Below are positions 18,118 through 26,382 of a DNA stretch of 64,000 nucleotides, piece after piece. The stretch lies in contig CAIYWI010000074.1 in the NCBI GenBank assembly GCA_903929885.1, positions 3,868 to 67,867 on the forward strand, in the 5' to 3' direction. Positions within the stretch are counted from its first letter, which is position 1, and every line of letters starts with the position of its first letter. Source of the DNA: an uncultured Phycisphaerales bacterium. Lineage in GTDB: Bacteria; Planctomycetota; Phycisphaerae; Phycisphaerales; UBA1924. The notes beneath the pieces are model-generated. The model was not told the origin of the DNA. It searched no databases and worked only from the letters and a program-made list of their open reading frames with translations. The translations under genes were made by a program, and so were the position numbers.

Positions 18118-19035
18118 ATGCTGTCGTTCGTCATTCCCGCGAGGAGCCAGCCCGAGGAGACGCGACTGTGTCTCGACTCCGTGCTGCACGCCATCCGCAC
18201 GCACTCGCTCGAGCATCTCAGCGAGTTCATCCTGCTCGATGACGACAGCGAGCCCGCGCTTGGCATCACCCCGCGCCTGTTCATGCCCTTCCGCGCCGCC
18301 ACCAGCGCGAAAGTGTCCATCATCCGCTTCTCGAGCCGCCAGCACTACACCGGCGTGCTCGCGTACGGCCTGTCGCGTGCCGCCGGCGACAACGTCTTCT
18401 TCATCAGCAACGACATGTTCATGACGCCCGCGTGGCTGCGGACCATCCTCGCCGTCGCGGCGATCGACCCCTCCTACGGCGTCATCCGAGGCACCGCAGA
18501 GGTCGTCGACAGCCACCCCGAGCACCAGTACGTGCCGCCCTTCGAGGCCGGCAATCCCATGCAGTGGATCACCTTCTCCAACTACATGGCCGAGCAGTTC
18601 GGGCTCCACCACGTCGAGGACAACCTCCTCTCCGGCGACGCCGTGCTCGTCCGCCGCCCGCTGCTCGACCGCATCGGCGGCGTCGACCCCCGCTTCCACT
18701 CCTACTTCGGCGACCTTGACTTCGGCCTTCGCGCCCAGCGGGCGGGCTTCAAGCTCGTGTGCGCCAAGGGCGCATGGATCCGCCATCACGGCCAGGGGTA
18801 CATCCGCGCCGAGATGCAGCAGTCGAAGGTCCCCGAGGAGATCGCCGCGGCCCAGCGGATGAAGACGGTGCAGGAGGCGTACGCCAAGTTCCGCGCCAAG
18901 TGGGGCGCGTGGCTGCCAGAGCAGTTCCGCTCGACCGACCAGTGGGACTTCGCCCGCCTCCGCGCCGCGACGCTCGCCGACGGCGACGTCGTATCGCCCG
19001 TGCCCGCCCAGACGGGCGGCGCGGCGATGGTCTGA
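18118..19035 (+). CDS. glycosyltransferase family 2
   Basis: 305 aa. LSFVIPARSQ...ILLDDDS...FISNDM...FGDLDFGLR follows the GT-A fold DxD pattern. Confidence 0.8.
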   Translation: MLSFVIPARSQPEETRLCLDSVLHAIRTHSLEHLSEFILLDDDSEPALGITPRLFMPFRAATSAKVSIIRFSSRQHYTGVLAYGLSRAAGDNVFFISNDMFMTPAWLRTILAVAAIDPSYGVIRGTAEVVDSHPEHQYVPPFEAGNPMQWITFSNYMAEQFGLHHVEDNLLSGDAVLVRRPLLDRIGGVDPRFHSYFGDLDFGLRAQRAGFKLVCAKGAWIRHHGQGYIRAEMQQSKVPEEIAAAQRMKTVQEAYAKFRAKWGAWLPEQFRSTDQWDFARLRAATLADGDVVSPVPAQTGGAAMV

Positions 19036-19555
19036 CGCAGATTCGCGCCGTCGGTCACGCGCGAATCAACGCCACCTCCCCATCGCGAAGCGATTCCCGT
19101 CGACAGCCGGGGGTGGAGGTGCTTCGCCGCCACCCCCGGTGATGCGGCCAAACGACCCCGACCCCGACGGGGTCGTCGGGGGAACGTGCACGACCTTCGA
19201 TGTCGGGACAACGTTGCATGCGACGGCGTCGGGTGGATCCCACGCAGGCGCCTTCGGCGTTCGGGCGCATCGGTCGTTCGGTCCGGGGGTGGCGGCGAGA
19301 CGCCACCACCCCCGGCTCCCGACGAACACGCCTTCAGCGTGGCGCTCGCGTCGATCGACGCCATCCCCCAACCGCGAAGCGGCGAATGCCCCCACCCCTG
19401 CTCCGCAACAACTTGCGCCCCCGCCTCCGAATTCTCGCCCCACCCCTGCAAGATCGCCAGGGGCCCTTCGCAGGCAAGGTGCGAACCCCGCCGGTTCGCG
19501 GCGTCACCCGAGGGCCACGCCCATTCCGAGCTCTCGACCACCGCGAGTCACAGCC

Positions 19556-21127
19556 ATGAAGACCTTGCTCAACACGTTCGCTCGTCCCGCCCTTGTCGTC
19601 GCCGCCCTTGCCGCGGCGACCTCCAGCGGCCATGCCCAACTTTCGCTCCCGGCCGGCGGGTCGGTCACGCCCCCGGGCGTGAGCTACCCGGCGACGATCG
19701 TCTACGACAATCTCGTCAACGTGGAGGTTCGCAACTCGGGCGGCGCGTTGATGTATCAGGGCAAGCTTCAGGACCGCGTGACGCGGAACGCCGCGGGCGG
19801 GCTGGAGTTCCGCTCGCAACTTCGCGACGTGACGCCGGGTTTCAACGGCATCGCCGCGAGCATCGACCGCCTGAACATGGCGCCATACACGACTTCGGTG
19901 AGCTTTGATTCGAGCAGCTTCGGCACTGTCTCGCCGTTCCTGGCATCGCGGACCGCCGCCCCGGGAACGACGGTGAAGTGGCGCTACCCCACCACCGTCT
20001 CCTCGAGCGCCACCACCAAGTTCGCCACCATCACGACCAACGCCACCTCGTACAACACGCGGGGCGTGGCGGTCGTCACGCTCCAAACGGGCGACTCGGT
20101 GATCCTCACCGGCATCGCCCAGCCGGGCGCGGGCTCGCCCCGCGCCTCGATCACCGGCCCCGCGCCGCTCTCGTGCGACTGCAACCCCATCACCATCACC
20201 GGCACCGCCGACGCCGACGGCTCGATGGCCTCGTACACCCTCGAATACTCGACCAGCCCCACCGGCCCCTGGACCACGATCGTCACCTCCACCACGCCCG
20301 TCACCGGGGGGACGCTGGCGTCGTGGAACACCTCGGGCATCCCCACCGGCAACTACTTCGTTCGACTCCGCGTCACCAACACCGAGGGCATCTCCGAATC
20401 GGCCGTCACCCACCTCCACGTCGACTCCTCGCCCCCGGGCATCAGTCTCCGCTCGCCCGCCCTCAACCAACTCGTGGGCGGCGTGATCTGCCTCGACGGC
20501 ACCGTCGACGATGACGCCTGCTTCTCCAACTACCGCATCGCCTACCAACGCCCCGGCGGCATCAAGACCTACGTCTCGACCAGCACCACCGAGGTCTTCA
20601 ACGACCCCCTGGGCAGCATCAACGCCGGCGGCTTCGCGGACGGCCCGTGCACCATCTTCGTCGAAGCCATCGACACCTGCGGCCAGGCCTCCGCCGTCAG
20701 CCGCAACGTCGTCATCGACAACACCCGCCCCGTCGCCCAGATCGCCAGCCCCCTCAACTGCGACACCGTGCGAGGTCTGGTGGCCATCCGCGGCACCGCT
20801 TTCGACGCCAACATCAGCGGCTGGTCCCTCAGCGTCACCGGCGGGCCCTACAACACCTACGTCCCCATCGCCACGGGCACCACCAACATCACCGACGGCG
20901 TCCTGGGCCTTTGGGACACCTCCGACCTGCCCGCCTGCTCCTACACCCTCCGGCTGCGGGTCGACGACCGGAGCTCCGTCAACTGCGGCAGCAACAACGC
21001 CACCGAGTACTACGTCTCGGTGGAAGTGGGCGACCCCTTCTGCGGGGCCGACGTGAACGAGGACGGAGGCGTCGACTCGAGCGACGTGGACGCCTTCTTC
21101 GAGATCTGGGAACGCGGCGGCTGCTGA
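19556..21127 (+). CDS. secreted protein with three Ig-like internal repeats and a single GC-type dockerin-like C-terminal half-module
   Basis: ATG at 19556 inside ORF 19139..21127 (MKTLLNTFARPALVVAALAAATSSGHAQ). Three repeats of about 100 aa each contain I.GTA.D, W...W.TS..P.G.Y..RLRV.D. Ends FCGADVNEDGGVDSSDVDAFFEIWERGGC-stop. Confidence 0.8.
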   Translation: MKTLLNTFARPALVVAALAAATSSGHAQLSLPAGGSVTPPGVSYPATIVYDNLVNVEVRNSGGALMYQGKLQDRVTRNAAGGLEFRSQLRDVTPGFNGIAASIDRLNMAPYTTSVSFDSSSFGTVSPFLASRTAAPGTTVKWRYPTTVSSSATTKFATITTNATSYNTRGVAVVTLQTGDSVILTGIAQPGAGSPRASITGPAPLSCDCNPITITGTADADGSMASYTLEYSTSPTGPWTTIVTSTTPVTGGTLASWNTSGIPTGNYFVRLRVTNTEGISESAVTHLHVDSSPPGISLRSPALNQLVGGVICLDGTVDDDACFSNYRIAYQRPGGIKTYVSTSTTEVFNDPLGSINAGGFADGPCTIFVEAIDTCGQASAVSRNVVIDNTRPVAQIASPLNCDTVRGLVAIRGTAFDANISGWSLSVTGGPYNTYVPIATGTTNITDGVLGLWDTSDLPACSYTLRLRVDDRSSVNCGSNNATEYYVSVEVGDPFCGADVNEDGGVDSSDVDAFFEIWERGGC

Positions 21128-21168
21128 CGCCTGCCCCCGCCGGAAGACGAGACGATCGAGATCACGGG

Positions 21169-21199
21169 GCCGCGACGCGAATGCGTCGCGGCTCTGTTT
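21169..21199 (+). terminator. rho-independent terminator candidate
   Basis: Stem gccgcgacgc, loop gaat, stem gcgtcgcggc (10-bp perfect stem), followed by tctgtttg. It sits 42 nt after the stop at 21127. Confidence 0.6.
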
Positions 21200-21266
21200 G
21201 CGTTGGAGGCCCGCACGCCCTCCTCGCCCGCTCCGCGGGCGAACCAGGAGGGAGCCCAGGGCGCTG

Positions 21267-21840
21267 CCCGGCTTTGCGGGCGAGCTCACGGCCATGCGCC
21301 GATTCGCGCATGGCCCGGACGCAACGCACACGCGGACATCGACGTTGACGCGGGCACGTCCCGTGGACGCGTTGAAACTCGCCCGACAGGGCGCACTAGT
21401 CGTAGCCGTGGTGCGCCGCCCGGCTTGGCGGGCAAGCCCACGGCCACGCGCCGATTCGCGCATGGCCCGGATGCAACGCACGCGCGGGCTTCGACCTTGA
21501 CCCGGGCACGCCCCGCGGACGCGTTGCAACCCGCCCTGTTGGGCGGGGAATCGCGATATCGATGCGATTTGGGCGTGTGTCACATCATCGCGCCTCGATT
21601 CGCCACTGATGCGCGGATTGACGCTCGGCCGTGGGCTTGCTCGAGGACTCGCGGCGCACCACGGCTACGACTGGTGCGCCCTGGCGGGCGGGGATGCGCG
21701 ACGTCGTTGCGCCCTGGGGCCGTGTCGCATGATCTCGCCTCGGTTCGCCACTGATGCGCGGATTGACGCTTGGCCGTGGGCTTGCTCGAGGACTCGCGGC
21801 GCACCACGGCTACGACCGGTGCGCCCTTGCGGGCGAAGAT
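21267..21840. repeat. mosaic of four ~145-152-nt related repeats: two direct (from 21267 and 21419) followed by two in inverse orientation (about 21575-21695 and 21720-21840)
   Basis: Direct copies align over about 125 nt (cccggcttTgcgggcGagcTcacggccAtgcgccgattcgcgcatggcccgga...). A 38-nt core cccgaCagggcgcacTagtcgtagccgtggtgcgccgc at 21382..21419 recurs as reverse complement at 21651..21688 and 21796..21833. gcaagcccacggcc is also shared. Confidence 0.85.
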
Positions 21841-21850
21841 CGTGGCGTTC

Positions 21851-22699
21851 TCACTCCCCGCGGAAGAACTTCTTGATGCCGTGGATGGTGACGGCTCGGC
21901 CCATGGCGGCGATGGATTCGGTGAGGGGGATGTGCTTGGGGCACACCTTGACGCAGTTCTGGGCGTTGCCGCAGTCGTTGATGCCGCCCTGGCCCATGAG
22001 GGCGTCGAGGCGTTCGTCCTTGAGGATCGCGCCGGTGGCGTGCTCGTTGAAGAGGCGGGCCTGGCTGATGGCGTGGGCGCCGATGAACGAGGTGTCCCAG
22101 GCGGCCTTGTCCTCTTCCAGGTTGAACTGGGGGCAGGCCTCGAGGCAGCAGCCGCAACTCATGCACTCGCTGAGCTTGTAGCGGGTGCCCTGGCTGGCGG
22201 GGGACTCGATGGGGCCCGAGCCCAGGTCGTAGGTGCCGTCGATGGGGACCCATGCCTTGACGCGCTGGAGGTTGTGGAAGAGCCGCGAGCGGTCGACCCA
22301 GAGGTCTCGCACGACGGGGAACTTGCTCATGGGCTCGAGCACCATGACGTCGCCCTCCTGCGGGGCGTAGTCGTCGATGAGCGCCGAGCAACTCTGTCGC
22401 ACGCGACCGTTGATGACCATCGTGCACGCGCCGCAGACCTCCTCGAGGCAGCCGCTGTCCCACACCACGGGCGTGGTGCGAGCGCCTTGCGTCGTCACGG
22501 GGTTGGCCGCGATGTGCTGCAGGCAGGAGATGACATTCGCGCCCGGGGGCACGGGCACCTTGAACTCCTCCCAGCGCGAGGGCTTGCCCGGCCCCTCGCA
22601 ACGCTTCACGCGGAAGATGACGGTGCGGCCGGCCTTGGCGCTCTTGCGGTTGGCGGCTCGCTGGGCGGCGGCGGGATCAAGCTTGGTGGCGGTCGACAT
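21851..22699 (-). CDS. sdhB: succinate dehydrogenase / fumarate reductase iron-sulfur subunit
   Basis: 282 aa. Cys clusters CLEEVCGACTMVINGRVRQSC, CMSCGCCLEACP and CGNAQNCVKVCP. Confidence 0.92.
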   Translation of the reverse strand: MSTATKLDPAAAQRAANRKSAKAGRTVIFRVKRCEGPGKPSRWEEFKVPVPPGANVISCLQHIAANPVTTQGARTTPVVWDSGCLEEVCGACTMVINGRVRQSCSALIDDYAPQEGDVMVLEPMSKFPVVRDLWVDRSRLFHNLQRVKAWVPIDGTYDLGSGPIESPASQGTRYKLSECMSCGCCLEACPQFNLEEDKAAWDTSFIGAHAISQARLFNEHATGAILKDERLDALMGQGGINDCGNAQNCVKVCPKHIPLTESIAAMGRAVTIHGIKKFFRGE

Positions 22700-22735
22700 G
22701 GCTCGTGGTTCCGTGAATCGTGCGGCGTGATCGGT

Positions 22736-24655
22736 TCAGGACTTCTTGCCGTAGGTGCGGGCCTCGGGCAGGATCAGGGCGTGGTCGATCTCCTGGAGTT
22801 CGACGCTCACCGCGCCCGTGGCGGGGTCGTGCTTCGCGACGGTCGACTTCATGAACTGCGAGTCGTCACGGGTGGGGAAGTCGGTGCGGTAGTGCGCGCC
22901 GCGACTCTCCTTGCGCAGGTCCGCGGCCTTCACCATCGCCTCGGCGGCGATGAGCATGTCCCCCACCGCCCGGCTGTACGAGAAGCTCTGGTTCGTCCAC
23001 GACGCGTCGTCCGAGAGCACCGCCCTCGAGTAGCGATCGCGGAGTTCGGTCACCTTGGAGAGGCACTGCGCCAATCGCGGGCCGCTCCGCACCACCGTGC
23101 ATGCCGCGGTCATCTCGTCGCCGAGTTCCTTGCCGATGGCGTAGGGGTTGACCGAGGCGTCGCCGCCCTTGCCCACCGTGCCCAGCAGGCGGTTCATGCG
23201 ATCGGCCTCCTTGGCGGCGGCGGCATCGAAGGCCTGCGCGGCCATGCCCGAGGCCGGCGTCTTGCCGGGCTTGCCGTCGCGCACGTAGTTGGCCACCGAG
23301 AGGCCGCAGAAGAGGCCGTCGAAGAGGCACGAGAGCAACGCGTTGGCGCCCAGGCGGTTCGCGCCGTGATAGGCGAAGTTGACCTCGCCGAAGGCGTAGA
23401 GCCCCTCGATGTTGGTCATCATGTTGGTGGGCGCGCCGTGGAGCATGCCCTGACCGACCTTCCAGTCGATGGGGGCGGGCGTCCCGCTGGCGTGCTTCTT
23501 GCGGGGCTCGGCGGGGTTGTAACTGCCCTTGACGAACTGCGTCCACAGGCCGCCCATGCTGTAGTGCACGGCGGGGAAGATCCGCATGGGCGTGAAGCGC
23601 GGGTCGTCGCCGACGAACTTCTCGTAGATGTCGAGAATGCCCTCGAGCTTGCGGGTGAGGTAGTCGGGGTCCTTGTGCGTGAGGTCGAGGTAGACCTGGT
23701 TCTTGCCGTCGACGCCCATGCCCTCGTTCACGCAGATGTCGAAGATCTCGCGGGTGGCGATGTCGCGCGGGACGATGTTGCCGTACTTGGGGTAGCGTTC
23801 CTCGAGGAAGTAGTAACGCTCGGCCTCGGGGATGGACTTGGGGTCGCGGGTGTCGCCCTTCTTGCGGGGCACCCAGACGCGGCCGCCCTCGCCTCGGGCC
23901 GATTCGCTCATGAGACGGAGCTTGTCGGCGCCCGGGATGGCGGTGGGATGCACCTGGATCATCTCGGGGTTGCCGTACCACGCGCCGGCGCGGAAGCAGC
24001 GGGCCAAGGCCGCGCCGGTGCAGATGACGCTGTTGGTGCTCTTGCCGAAGACCAGGCCGTTGCCGCCGGTGGCCATCACCACCGCGTCGGCGCGGAAGGA
24101 ACGGATCTGCATCGTCCGCATGTCCTGGGCGACGATGCCGACGCACCGGCCATCCTCGACGATGGGGCCGAGGAACTCCCAGAACTCGTACTTGGTGACC
24201 TTGCCCTCGGACTCGAAGCGGCGGGTCTGCTCATCGAGGGCGTAGAGGAGCTGCTGGCCGGTGGTCGCGCCGGCGAAGTGGGTTCGCTTGAAGAGCGAGC
24301 CGCCGAAGAGGCGAAGGTCGCGGCGTCCCTCGGCGGTGCGGTTGAAGGGCACGCCCATGCGATCGAGCAGGTCGATGATCTTGGGGGCCCACATCGCCAT
24401 CTCGAGGACGGGGTGCTGGTCGGCGAGGAAGTCGCCGCCGTAGACCGTCTCGTCGAAGTGCTCGTACTCGCTGTACCCCTGCTGGCGGGCCACGTCGTTG
24501 CAGGCGTTGATGCCGCCCTGGGCGCAGACGCTGTGCGAGCGCTTGACGGGCACGAGGGAGAAGAGGTCGACCGGGAGTCCGGCCTCGGCGATGCGGACGC
24601 TGGCCGAGAGGCCCGCCAGACCGCCGCCGACCACGATGACTCGATGCTGGGACAT
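22736..24655 (-). CDS. sdhA: succinate dehydrogenase / fumarate reductase flavoprotein subunit
   Basis: 639 aa. N-terminal VIVVGGGLAGL FAD motif, SHSVCAQGGI (His for covalent FAD), HPTA, RGEGG, HYSMGG. Confidence 0.93.
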   Translation of the reverse strand: MSQHRVIVVGGGLAGLSASVRIAEAGLPVDLFSLVPVKRSHSVCAQGGINACNDVARQQGYSEYEHFDETVYGGDFLADQHPVLEMAMWAPKIIDLLDRMGVPFNRTAEGRRDLRLFGGSLFKRTHFAGATTGQQLLYALDEQTRRFESEGKVTKYEFWEFLGPIVEDGRCVGIVAQDMRTMQIRSFRADAVVMATGGNGLVFGKSTNSVICTGAALARCFRAGAWYGNPEMIQVHPTAIPGADKLRLMSESARGEGGRVWVPRKKGDTRDPKSIPEAERYYFLEERYPKYGNIVPRDIATREIFDICVNEGMGVDGKNQVYLDLTHKDPDYLTRKLEGILDIYEKFVGDDPRFTPMRIFPAVHYSMGGLWTQFVKGSYNPAEPRKKHASGTPAPIDWKVGQGMLHGAPTNMMTNIEGLYAFGEVNFAYHGANRLGANALLSCLFDGLFCGLSVANYVRDGKPGKTPASGMAAQAFDAAAAKEADRMNRLLGTVGKGGDASVNPYAIGKELGDEMTAACTVVRSGPRLAQCLSKVTELRDRYSRAVLSDDASWTNQSFSYSRAVGDMLIAAEAMVKAADLRKESRGAHYRTDFPTRDDSQFMKSTVAKHDPATGAVSVELQEIDHALILPEARTYGKKS

Positions 24656-24779
24656 GGTGCCGATTCCTTGCTGCTCGACCCGCCCGCGGGGGGCGAGCCG
24701 TCGTGATGCGTGTGGCTTCGATGCACGGGGCCGACTGGAGCCAAGACCCGGAAAGCCCCCGGGAAGACCCCGGGGCCTG

Positions 24780-25640
24780 TCACCGCGGGGCGTCGATCGC
24801 GGAGACGCGGTTGCGTTCGCGGTCGATCACTTCGCCGATCTTCTCGGCCTCGCGCTGTTCCTTGAGGCGGAACTTCTGCTCGGTGGCCTTGGCCTCGGCG
24901 GGATCAAGCGTGGCAAAGCCGATGACCGCCGCCCAGCCCATGACCATCAGGCCCGCGCCAAGCCCTGCGCAGGCGTAGCCCCAGCGACGCTGGGCCGCCT
25001 GCGAGATGGTGAGGCCCCAGGTGATGGCGGCCGTCCAGAGTCCGTTGGCGAAGTGGAAGACCAGCGAGGTCACGCCCAGCAGGTAGCCCGCCGTGACGGC
25101 CACGCCCGCGACCGTCAGTTCCGAGGGCGAGCCGCGGAGGATCTGGGCCATCGTGGAGCCGGCGAACTCGGCCGACCAGGCCGTGCCCCCGGGCGTCAGG
25201 AACGTCCAGTTCCATCGCAGGGTGCCGACGTGGTACACGATGAAGAGGATCCCGATGTACCCGGTGATGCGCTGGAGGCGGTAGCGCCAGTTGCCGCCGA
25301 AGGAGTAGCTGCCGGTGTTGGTGATTCCGGTCTTGGCGTAGTAGAAGCCCAGAATGGAGTGGAAGGCGATGGCGCCCCAGAGCGAGAGCTCGATGAAGAA
25401 GAGGAAGGGGATGCTGTGGATGAAGTCCACCTCGTGCTGGAAGGTGGCCACGCCCGCGTGGCCGTACTCGGCCTTTCGCGAGTCGAGCAGCCCCCACACC
25501 ACCGACCCGTTGGTCAGAAGGTGCGAAATCAGGAAGACGCCGATGGGGACGATGCCCGTCAGCGAGTGGAGCCGGCGGAGCAGGTGATGGTGTCGCTCGA
25601 GGAATGACCTCGGGTGCTTGGCGGTGGTTGCTTCGCTCAC
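24780..25640 (-). CDS. sdhC: succinate dehydrogenase cytochrome b558 subunit
   Basis: ORF 24780..25709. I prefer the GTG at 25640, which has AAGGA about 10 nt upstream. RRLHSLTGIVPIGVFLISHL resembles the Bacillus-type SdhC N-terminus. Five hydrophobic spans with conserved His residues. Confidence 0.8.
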   Translation of the reverse strand: MSEATTAKHPRSFLERHHHLLRRLHSLTGIVPIGVFLISHLLTNGSVVWGLLDSRKAEYGHAGVATFQHEVDFIHSIPFLFFIELSLWGAIAFHSILGFYYAKTGITNTGSYSFGGNWRYRLQRITGYIGILFIVYHVGTLRWNWTFLTPGGTAWSAEFAGSTMAQILRGSPSELTVAGVAVTAGYLLGVTSLVFHFANGLWTAAITWGLTISQAAQRRWGYACAGLGAGLMVMGWAAVIGFATLDPAEAKATEQKFRLKEQREAEKIGEVIDRERNRVSAIDAPR

Positions 25641-25751
25641 GGGTGTCGTGTCCTTGGGTGACGGAACAGGATCCCCCTCCCGTCCGACGCTTCGCCGACG
25701 CGGCGGCACGCGGGTGTTCGTCGTGCCTTCGCCCGCCCCGGCCGTGTAGGT

Positions 25752-26249
25752 TCAGGGCGTGATCAATCCGGACCCCGCGGGTCCGATCTTGCCGGCCACA
25801 TCGGCGGCCTCTCCCCCGGTCGAGCCCATCCCGCCGCCCATGCCACCTGCCTGGGAGGGCTTGATCTTGCCTTCCTTGATGGCCTTGGCCACGGCCTGGG
25901 AGACTTCGACGAAGGCCATTCGCAGTTGCGACAAGGCCTTCTCGAGCGCCGCCTTCTCCGTCTCGGAGAGGTTGCCCTTGGTCTTCTGCTCGAGAATGCC
26001 CAGCAGGTCGATGTGGAACTTGGCGTACTCGATCGACACCATCGCCTGCCCGGTGTACGGATCAGGCACGTAGCCGAGGTACGACAGGGTGTTGGTGGCC
26101 AGCATGCCCACCAAGTCCTCGAAGCCCACATCGCGGAGATCCGCGGCTTCCTGCTGCTTGGGAGCGGCCTTCTCGGCCAACTTCTCCTTCTCGGCCTGGG
26201 CTTGGCTCTTCCAATCCGAGTCGATGATCAGTTTCGGTTCGTCGGACAA
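25752..26249 (-). CDS. DUF1844 domain-containing protein
   Basis: C-terminal 165 aa of ORF 25752..26798. TTG start at 26249 with GGAG 7 nt upstream. KLIIDSDWKSQAQAEKEKL...FEDLVGMLATNTLSYLGYVPDP...IEYAKFHIDLLGIL is typical of DUF1844. Confidence 0.75.
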   Translation of the reverse strand: MSDEPKLIIDSDWKSQAQAEKEKLAEKAAPKQQEAADLRDVGFEDLVGMLATNTLSYLGYVPDPYTGQAMVSIEYAKFHIDLLGILEQKTKGNLSETEKAALEKALSQLRMAFVEVSQAVAKAIKEGKIKPSQAGGMGGGMGSTGGEAADVAGKIGPAGSGLITP

Positions 26250-26382
26250 GTCGCAACTCCGTGGCGACGCCTCGCTCGCGGAACGAAGGGCCCGCGCCGT
26301 CGGGACGTCTGGCCCACTGTAGGAACGCTCCGCCCGGCCCCCGCCGCCCCCGTCCGCCCCGCCCCGGGCGTACGCTTGGCCC

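Noticed and set aside
15874-19035. Restriction-modification or other defence system around the Dam-type methyltransferase
   Set aside because: The neighbours are a small membrane protein, a PEP-CTERM-like surface protein and a GT2. There are no endonuclease, helicase, ATPase or specificity-subunit motifs.
19334-21583. 749-aa minus-strand ORF
   Set aside because: It is antisense to the GGC-module gene and then runs into the repeat mosaic. It has no motifs and a low-complexity composition.
21267-21840. Considered whether the repeat cluster is a CRISPR array
   Set aside because: The units are about 150 nt, not 24-48 nt. They abut each other without unique spacers, occur in both orientations, and no cas genes are in the window.
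21770-24706. 978-aa plus-strand ORF
   Set aside because: It is antisense to sdhB and sdhA, whose Fe-S Cys clusters and FAD motifs identify the true frames.
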